32,000 nucleotides of DNA from Caldimicrobium thiodismutans (GTDB lineage: Bacteria > Desulfobacterota > Thermodesulfobacteria > Thermodesulfobacteriales > Thermodesulfobacteriaceae). The stretch covers positions 1,500,001 through 1,532,000 of the forward strand of contig NZ_AP014945.1 of NCBI RefSeq assembly GCF_001548275.1. The letters are read 5' to 3'. The stretch's first letter is position 1; every line of letters begins with the position of its first letter. Of the stretch, positions 26,819 through 32,000 are shown piece by piece. A program made the translations under genes and the position numbers. The notes below the pieces were generated by a model. The model had not been told where the DNA came from and searched no databases. It saw only the letters and a program-made list of their open reading frames with translations.

Positions 26819-27214
26819 TTAAGAAATTTTCTGAGAAAGCAAGGCTTTTTTTAGGGTGTCAACATTGAGAATGGGACAGCTCAGTTTGTTTTCAGGAATA
26901 CCTGATTCAAGTTCTTCCAAAAGGAAATCCCTTTCTAATTTTAAAATTTCATCTATGGTTTTGCCTTTAAGCTTTTCGGTGAGTTTGCTTAAGAAGGCAA
27001 TGGCTGCTACACAGCCTTGAACTTTGAACTTGGCATCTTTGATGATGTTTCCTTCCCTTTTGAGATAGAGCCTTAAAAGACAGGGAGAAGGAGGAGAATC
27101 CGCTGTGCAGACAGGATTCTCCTCGGTAATTATGATATCGGCATCAGGAATCTCTCCGATATTTTTGGGATTTAAAAACTCCTGCAGGACCTTTTTGCCA
27201 TAATATTTAGCCAT
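26819..27214 (-). CDS. divergent IscU/NifU-N-like scaffold paralog
   Basis: The N-terminus parallels the upstream IscU (KKVLQEFLNPKNIGEIPDAD) and QGCVAAIA is retained. The first Cys region reads PVCTADSPPSPC and the HC motif reads SC. The ATG at 27214 overlaps the iscU stop (ATGGCTAA). The track start at 27238 is a TTG. Confidence 0.7.
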   Translation of the reverse strand: MAKYYGKKVLQEFLNPKNIGEIPDADIIITEENPVCTADSPPSPCLLRLYLKREGNIIKDAKFKVQGCVAAIAFLSKLTEKLKGKTIDEILKLERDFLLEELESGIPENKLSCPILNVDTLKKALLSQKIS

Positions 27215-27578
27215 TTTGTTTAGCGCGATAGTCTTCAATAGCTTTTTTCAAGGCATCAAGGCCAAGAACTGAGCAATGCACCTTTTGGGGAGGGAGCCCT
27301 CCAAGTTCAGATACGATTTTCTCTTTGGTAAGTTTTAAGGCCTCATCTAAGGGTTTTCCCTTAACCATTTCGGTTAGGATACTTGAGACTGCAATAGCAG
27401 CTGCACATCCAAAGGTCTTAAACTTAATGTCTTCAATGCGCTCATTTTTGACCTTAATATAAAGATACATCATATCCCCGCAAACAGGATTCCCTTCAAT
27501 ACCAACTCCATCGGCATCAGGGATCTCTCCTACATTTCTGGGATTCATGAAATGATCTAAAACCTTTTCGCTATACAT
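27207..27578 (-). CDS. iscU: Fe-S cluster assembly scaffold protein IscU/NifU (N-domain type)
   Basis: YSEKVLDHFMNPRNVG, NPVCGD, GCAAAIA and KVHCS supply the three cluster cysteines. AGGAGGG lies 6 nt before the ATG at 27578. Confidence 0.9.
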   Translation of the reverse strand: MYSEKVLDHFMNPRNVGEIPDADGVGIEGNPVCGDMMYLYIKVKNERIEDIKFKTFGCAAAIAVSSILTEMVKGKPLDEALKLTKEKIVSELGGLPPQKVHCSVLGLDALKKAIEDYRAKQNG

Positions 27579-27602
27579 GGCAAGCCCTCCTTTTTTCAAA
27601 TT

Positions 27603-28805
27603 TTAATGATGCGGACAGGTTTCTTCCCATTTTTCCATATCCCGCCACCCCTCTTTAAAGGGGGACATCTCTCTTAATTTCTCTATAATAGGAGGCATCT
27701 CAGAAAGCACATACTCTATATCTTCTTCAGAGGTATCCTTTCCGAGACTAAAGACAATGGAACCTTGAATGAGATGGGCTGGAAAGCCCATGGAAGAAAG
27801 CACAGGTGAGGCTTTAAGGGCCTTAGAGGTACAGGTTGAGCCGCTTGATACATAAATTCCCTTCATGGCAAGCATGAGAAGCATAGCCTCACCCTCGATA
27901 AATTCAACAATAAAACTTGCATGCCCCGGGAGCCTCTCTACTGGATGCCCGGTAAGGTGTATCTTTGGAATCCTCTCCACAAGCCCTTTAATAAGTTTAT
28001 CTCTTAAGGTCTGCATTTTTGGTTTCCACACTTTAAGATTCTCTTTTACTAATTGAGCTGCTTCTCCCATTCCCACAATACCAGCTACATTTTCAGTGCC
28101 TCCTCTTTTACCTCCTTCCTGAATACCTCCATAAATAAGGGGCTGAATCCTTGTTCCCTTTCTAAGATAGAGGGCGCCAACCCCCTTAGGGCCATAAAAC
28201 TGATGAGATGAGAGGGATAGGGCATGCACATCAAGTTTTTCCACATCTACTTCAATCTGTCCAAGAGCTGCTACGGCATCAGTGTGCACAAGGGCTCCTA
28301 CTTTTTCAGCAAGTTTTACAACTTCTTCAATGGGTTGAAGGGTTCCTACCTCAGGATTGGCTAATTGAATAGAGATAAGCACTGTTTCCGGCTTAAGAGC
28401 CCTTTCCAGAAAATTTAGATCAATCCTTCCAAATTTATCCACAGGAAGAAAGGTAACCTCAAATCCTTCTCGTTCAAGGATTCTCGCTGGATTGGTTATA
28501 GAATGGTGTTCAACAAGTGAAACAATAATGTGATTCCCCTTTTTATGATAAGCTGTAGCAAGACCTCGTAAGGCAAAGTTATTGGATTCCGTTCCCCCGG
28601 AGGTAAAAATGATCTCCTGAGGCTTGGCATTGATAAGATCTGCAACCTTAGATCTGGCAGACTCAATAGCCTCTCTGGCTGTAACGCCAAGATCATAAAC
28701 ACTTAAGGCATTTCCATAATATTCTTTTAAAAACGGTAGCATGGCCTGATAGACTCGCTCATCAGGCTGGGTGGTAGCCATATGATCAAGATAAACCTTC
28801 CTCAT
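27603..28805 (-). CDS. IscS/NifS-like class V aminotransferase-fold protein lacking the PLP Schiff-base lysine
   Basis: 400 aa. FTSGGTESNN, HTDA and the catalytic-loop Cys in SSGSTCTS are present. The SxHK motif reads SSHQFYGPKG (Q202, CAG at 28200-28202), and the DAxQ glutamine is Ala. Confidence 0.85.
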   Translation of the reverse strand: MRKVYLDHMATTQPDERVYQAMLPFLKEYYGNALSVYDLGVTAREAIESARSKVADLINAKPQEIIFTSGGTESNNFALRGLATAYHKKGNHIIVSLVEHHSITNPARILEREGFEVTFLPVDKFGRIDLNFLERALKPETVLISIQLANPEVGTLQPIEEVVKLAEKVGALVHTDAVAALGQIEVDVEKLDVHALSLSSHQFYGPKGVGALYLRKGTRIQPLIYGGIQEGGKRGGTENVAGIVGMGEAAQLVKENLKVWKPKMQTLRDKLIKGLVERIPKIHLTGHPVERLPGHASFIVEFIEGEAMLLMLAMKGIYVSSGSTCTSKALKASPVLSSMGFPAHLIQGSIVFSLGKDTSEEDIEYVLSEMPPIIEKLREMSPFKEGWRDMEKWEETCPHH

Positions 28806-29053
28806 ATCTTTCTCCTGATATAGAATTTATATATCTCTCCATCCTCCCGAAGGCCAATAAACTCTTGACCAAAGACCTCACACCATTTGGGGACATCCTC
28901 AAGGGCTCTTTCATAATCAGTAACCAGCTCAAGAATCTGACCTGGTTCTATTTGTTTAATAGCCTCATTAAGCTCAAGAAGATGAATAGGACACATAAGG
29001 TGCACAATATCAACTGATAGATCTGGCTTTAATTCTTCCTCCAAAAATCTCAT
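28802..29053 (-). CDS. TusA/SirA-like small sulfur-carrier protein
   Basis: 83 aa. VDIVHLMCPIHLLELNEAIKQ corresponds to the TusA CPxP helix (here CPIH). Its stop overlaps the IscS-like start (ATGA). Confidence 0.65.
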   Translation of the reverse strand: MRFLEEELKPDLSVDIVHLMCPIHLLELNEAIKQIEPGQILELVTDYERALEDVPKWCEVFGQEFIGLREDGEIYKFYIRRKI

Positions 29054-29077
29054 CTCTGGCTCCCCTAAAAATCTCTA

Positions 29078-29106
29078 TTAATAAAGTATTTAAATCTTTT
29101 TTTCAA
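29078..29106 (-). promoter_or_regulatory. sigma70-like promoter for the tusA-like/iscS-like/iscU operon
   Basis: On the minus strand: TTGAAA (29106-29101), 17-nt spacer, TATTAA (29083-29078). GGGGAG RBS 6 nt before the ATG. Confidence 0.3.
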
Positions 29107-29153
29107 AAAATCAATACCTTGTAACTAATAAAAGTAAATAAAGTTATTTTATA

Positions 29154-29594
29154 TTATACAGTAAAGACTGCTCGCACTTTAAATTTTCTGGTGGCTGGGA
29201 AGGCCTTAATTTCAAGGTGATATTTTTCTTGGAGCTTCCTTAGATAGGGTTCTAAGGCCTCCTTTGAGGGAAGCACAAGGGTAAACCAGAAATTTAGAAA
29301 ATGTTCCCTTAAATAGGCATGAGTAACCTCGGGAAGATCTGCTATCTCTTCTGCAAGATGAAATTTATCCTCCGGTAAGTGACAAGCGCAAAGACAGGTA
29401 AAGTGTCCAAGTTTATGAGAGTCAGGGCTTGCTCCCAGATGTCTAAGGATGCCCTCTTTTTGGAGTTTTTGAAGAAAGGTGATCACCTCTTCTTCTGTAA
29501 GGCCAGCTTTTTCTCCAAGTTCCTTAAAAGGCCTCTCCGTAATGGGAAAGCTATCTTGAATAATGTTTAGAAGCTTTCTGTAGGCTTCTTCCAT
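29154..29594 (-). CDS. AsnC/Lrp-fold siroheme decarboxylase subunit (AhbA/AhbB, NirD/L/G/H family)
   Basis: ERPFKELGEKAGLTEEEV, GILRHLG, VTHAYLRE...NFWFT and ATRKFK match the family pattern. I prefer the ATG at 29594 (AAGGTG 6 nt upstream) over the GTG at 29603. Confidence 0.7.
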   Translation of the reverse strand: MEEAYRKLLNIIQDSFPITERPFKELGEKAGLTEEEVITFLQKLQKEGILRHLGASPDSHKLGHFTCLCACHLPEDKFHLAEEIADLPEVTHAYLREHFLNFWFTLVLPSKEALEPYLRKLQEKYHLEIKAFPATRKFKVRAVFTV

Positions 29595-29621
29595 ATTTCT
29601 CACCTTACAAGTTTTTTTTCT

Positions 29622-29649
29622 ATATTAATATAAAAATTTCAATTTTCAA
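29622..29649 (-). promoter_or_regulatory. sigma70-like promoter for the ahb-like gene
   Basis: On the minus strand: TTGAAA (29649-29644), 16-nt spacer, TAATAT (29627-29622). Confidence 0.35.
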
Positions 29650-29656
29650 AGGTCTC

Positions 29657-29906
29657 GAATTGCCTCATTAAAAATCTATTCGAAATTTTATCGTTGCCTC
29701 ATATAAAAAATCTCAGCTCCTCTCTTGAACCTTCACGAAAAAACTATCTATTTCGCCCCTCTTAAATTTACAAGCTTAGTTCTTTAGCAAAGCTTATTTC
29801 AAAGGAAAGAGTGGTTGGGAAGGTAAAGGAGCTTTGCAGAAAGATAAGGAGATATCAGAAAATGCATGAGAGAGCATATTTAGAGAAAAAGGTAACTATT
29901 TTCGGG
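29657..29906 (-). mobile_element. R1 MITE-like repeat, copy D, inverted and truncated at its left end by an R2 copy
   Basis: Begins GAATTGCCTCATTAAAAATC (reverse complement of the R1 right end). Collinear with the other copies until ...TATTTTCGGG, where TGTATGCGTC (R2 left terminus) starts at 29907. Confidence 0.8.
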
Positions 29907-30068
29907 TGTATGCGTCTATATCTTTTGAGACTTAAATTTGCCTCTGCATTCAACTCCAGGTCAAGCATATTTTGATTAATATTTATCTAAATCCCATTTT
30001 AAAGTAGTGGCTAACCTGTGTGTTTGCTCGTTATGTGTCCCTTTGCATTACTGGAGTAAATTCATGCA
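29907..30068 (+). repeat. R2 interspersed repeat, 162-bp copy abutting or interrupting R1 copy D
   Basis: TGTATGCGTCTATATCTTTTGAGAC ... CTGGAGTAAATTCATGCA. The right end is more diverged. It is followed by GAAAAGGTC, as at 18782 (GAAAAAGACC). Confidence 0.65.
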
Positions 30069-30154
30069 GAAAAGGTCTTTCTGAAAAGGGAGCCTATGAA
30101 AATGTCAGTTTTGATTTAAAATGGTGAAAATACCCGAGGAAATGGGAGGGAAAA

Positions 30155-30613
30155 ATGGGTGATAAGGGAGAGATAACTGCTAAGGAAATTTTAGAGTTAC
30201 TCCCTCACAGATATCCTTTTTTAATGGTTGATAAGGTGCTGGAGATTGATCCAGAAAGGGAATATATAAAGGCAGTTAAAAATGTGAGCCATAATGAACC
30301 CTTTTTTCAGGGACATTTCCCCGGGAACCCCATCATGCCAGGGGTTTTAATTTTAGAGGCTATGGCACAAACCGGAGCTATATATCTTAAAAAAACCTTT
30401 CCAGAATGTAAGGAGAAACTCTTTGTCTTAGCTGGAATTGAAAATGTGCGTTTCAAATCCCCTGTTTTACCCGGGGATACCTTGGTGATTGAGGCTGAAA
30501 AATTTAAAAGAAAGGGACATATTATTAGAACAAATGTAACCGCTAAGGTTGAGGAAAAAATAGTTGCTCAGGCTGAGATAATTGCTGCCATGATAGAGGT
30601 TAAAGATGAGTAA
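30155..30613 (+). CDS. fabZ: 3-hydroxyacyl-ACP dehydratase
   Basis: LPHRYPFLMVDKV, NEPFFQGHFPGNPIMPGVLILEAMAQ. Confidence 0.95.
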   Translation: MGDKGEITAKEILELLPHRYPFLMVDKVLEIDPEREYIKAVKNVSHNEPFFQGHFPGNPIMPGVLILEAMAQTGAIYLKKTFPECKEKLFVLAGIENVRFKSPVLPGDTLVIEAEKFKRKGHIIRTNVTAKVEEKIVAQAEIIAAMIEVKDE

Positions 30614-31412
30614 AATTCATTCTACTGCTTATGTTGACAAAAGTGCTGAGCTTGAAGAGGGGGTTGAAATCGGGCCCAATAGTTATATTGGTCCCAGGGT
30701 TTATCTCGGAAGTGGGACCATTATTAAGGCCAATTCTTATCTTGAAAGCCATACCCGTATAGGGAAAAACAATCAAATTGGCCCTTTTGCTGTGATTGGG
30801 ACACCGCCCCAACATCTTTCATACAGGGGAGAAGAGACCTATGTGGAGATAGGAGATGATAATATTATCCGAGAGTTTGTAACCATTCACAGAGGAACCC
30901 TTCAGGATGCAGGTATTACTAAGATTGGAAATAATTGTTTGCTTATGAGCTATGTCCATATAGCCCATGACTGCCAGGTAGGGGACCATGTAATCATGTC
31001 AAATAATGCTACCCTTGGGGGGCATGTAAGGGTAGGGGATAGGGTGGTTATGGGGGGGTTTGCAGCAGTGCATCAATTTTGCAGAATAGGTGCCTATGCC
31101 TTTGTAGGGGGTATGAGCGGGGTAGACAAAGATGTGCCACCCTTTGTGAAGGTTTTTGGGGTCCCTGCTAAAATTCAGGGTCTTAATCTTGTGGGTCTTA
31201 GACGGGCTGGCTGGGGAAAGGATGAGATTCGCAGGCTTTCTCAAGCCCTGGGCATCTTCTTAGATGGTCCCTCAACTTTAAAAGAGGTCATTCAGGAGCT
31301 CAGAGATGTCTTTGGAGATGATCCCCTGATTGCTCAGTTAATTGCCTTTCTGGAAAACCCTTCTAAACAGGGTATAATGAGAAGAAAGCCCTTTGAAGGA
31401 GAAGATGTCTGA
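30606..31412 (+). CDS. lpxA: acyl-ACP--UDP-N-acetylglucosamine O-acyltransferase
   Basis: IHSTAYV start, hexapeptide repeats and HIAHDCQVGD. 268 aa. Overlaps fabZ by 8 nt. Confidence 0.95.
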   Translation: MSKIHSTAYVDKSAELEEGVEIGPNSYIGPRVYLGSGTIIKANSYLESHTRIGKNNQIGPFAVIGTPPQHLSYRGEETYVEIGDDNIIREFVTIHRGTLQDAGITKIGNNCLLMSYVHIAHDCQVGDHVIMSNNATLGGHVRVGDRVVMGGFAAVHQFCRIGAYAFVGGMSGVDKDVPPFVKVFGVPAKIQGLNLVGLRRAGWGKDEIRRLSQALGIFLDGPSTLKEVIQELRDVFGDDPLIAQLIAFLENPSKQGIMRRKPFEGEDV

Positions 31413-32000
31413 AGAGGTAAACCCTAAGATAGGCCTTATCTCTGGAGAAGGCGAGTTCCCCCTGATCTTGGCCAAAGAGCTTAAGAATCTTGATTTTGAG
31501 GTCATCGCGGTTACCTTTTCCAGAGGTCAAGAAAAGAGACTCAAGGAGCTTGCTTCCAGGGTCTATCAAATTTATCTCGGTCAATTAGAAAGGCTAATAG
31601 AAATCTTTAAAAAAGAGGGGGTTTCAGATTTAATCTTTCTTGGAAAGATAGAAAAAAGTTTGGCCTTGAGATTGAGTCTTCCTGATAAAAGGGCTTTTAA
31701 ACTTTGGAAAAGGCTTGCAAACCGAGAAGATAATACTTTACTTAAGGCTATAACTGAAGAGCTTGAAAAGGAAGGTTTCAGAGTTAGAGGACCCGCTGAA
31801 TTTTTACAAAACTTTCTTGTAGAAGAAGGTTGTTATACAGATAGAGAACCTACTGAGGAGGAATGGTCTGACATTCATTATGGCTTACGCATCGCTAAGG
31901 CCATTGGTGAACTTGATATTGGGCAGTGTGTGGTAGTAAAGGATCGTATGACTGTTGCAGTTGAGGCTATGGAGGGAACGGATGCCACCATTTTAAGGGG
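31405..32000 (+). CDS. lpxI: UDP-2,3-diacylglucosamine diphosphatase LpxI (DUF1009), 5' part; runs off the window
   Basis: My own translation from the ATG at 31405 (8-nt overlap with lpxA): MSEEVNPKIGLISGEGEFPLILAKE...ELDIGQCVVVKDRMTVAVEAMEGTDATILRG. GxGxxP and DIGQ...AVEA.EGTD are LpxI signatures. Absent from the ORF track because there is no stop in the window. Confidence 0.8.
   Translation, partial: MSEEVNPKIGLISGEGEFPLILAKELKNLDFEVIAVTFSRGQEKRLKELASRVYQIYLGQLERLIEIFKKEGVSDLIFLGKIEKSLALRLSLPDKRAFKLWKRLANREDNTLLKAITEELEKEGFRVRGPAEFLQNFLVEEGCYTDREPTEEEWSDIHYGLRIAKAIGELDIGQCVVVKDRMTVAVEAMEGTDATILR

Overview
Compact, AT-rich bacterial chromosome segment, mostly housekeeping genes. Gene content and K/E/I/L-rich proteins suggest a thermophilic anaerobe, possibly Thermodesulfobacteriota-like (low-confidence inference). 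Many genes overlap by 4-16 nt, and three convergent pairs overlap at their 3' ends.

Recognisable genes:
- cytochrome c551/552-like, M48 peptidase, prmA, coaX, LD-carboxypeptidase
- GT9 glycosyltransferase, DegT-type aminotransferase, TIM-barrel sugar-phosphate enzyme, lytic transglycosylase
- parB, gatA, gatC, BASS/ACR3-type transporter, lysA, queA, lipoprotein thermonuclease, serS
- NrdG-like radical SAM activase, panB, ruvB, DUF721/DciA-like, PMM/PGM, DAHP synthase, DedA
- a pentaheme cytochrome
- a TusA-like / IscS-like / IscU / IscU-like operon
- AhbA/B-like siroheme decarboxylase subunit, fabZ, lpxA, lpxI (partial)

I saw no rRNA, tRNA or CRISPR array and no obvious multi-gene defence island.

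Observations worth a second look:
1. Two families of interspersed non-coding repeats fill almost every sizeable intergenic region. R1 is about 310-340 bp, has 16-bp terminal inverted repeats and apparent target duplications, and occurs 4 times. R2 has conserved termini and occurs 4-5 times. One R2-bounded unit carries a coiled-coil/PD-(D/E)XK-like gene, and one R2 copy is inserted in an R1 copy.
2. The gene-facing ends of these repeats sit 5-7 bp upstream of -35-like hexamers.
3. An in-frame TGA joins the pentaheme cytochrome to a 129-codon downstream frame. This is a candidate selenocysteine site.
4. The IscS/NifS-like protein has Gln in place of its PLP Schiff-base lysine.

All homology calls rest on motif recognition by eye; no searches were run.
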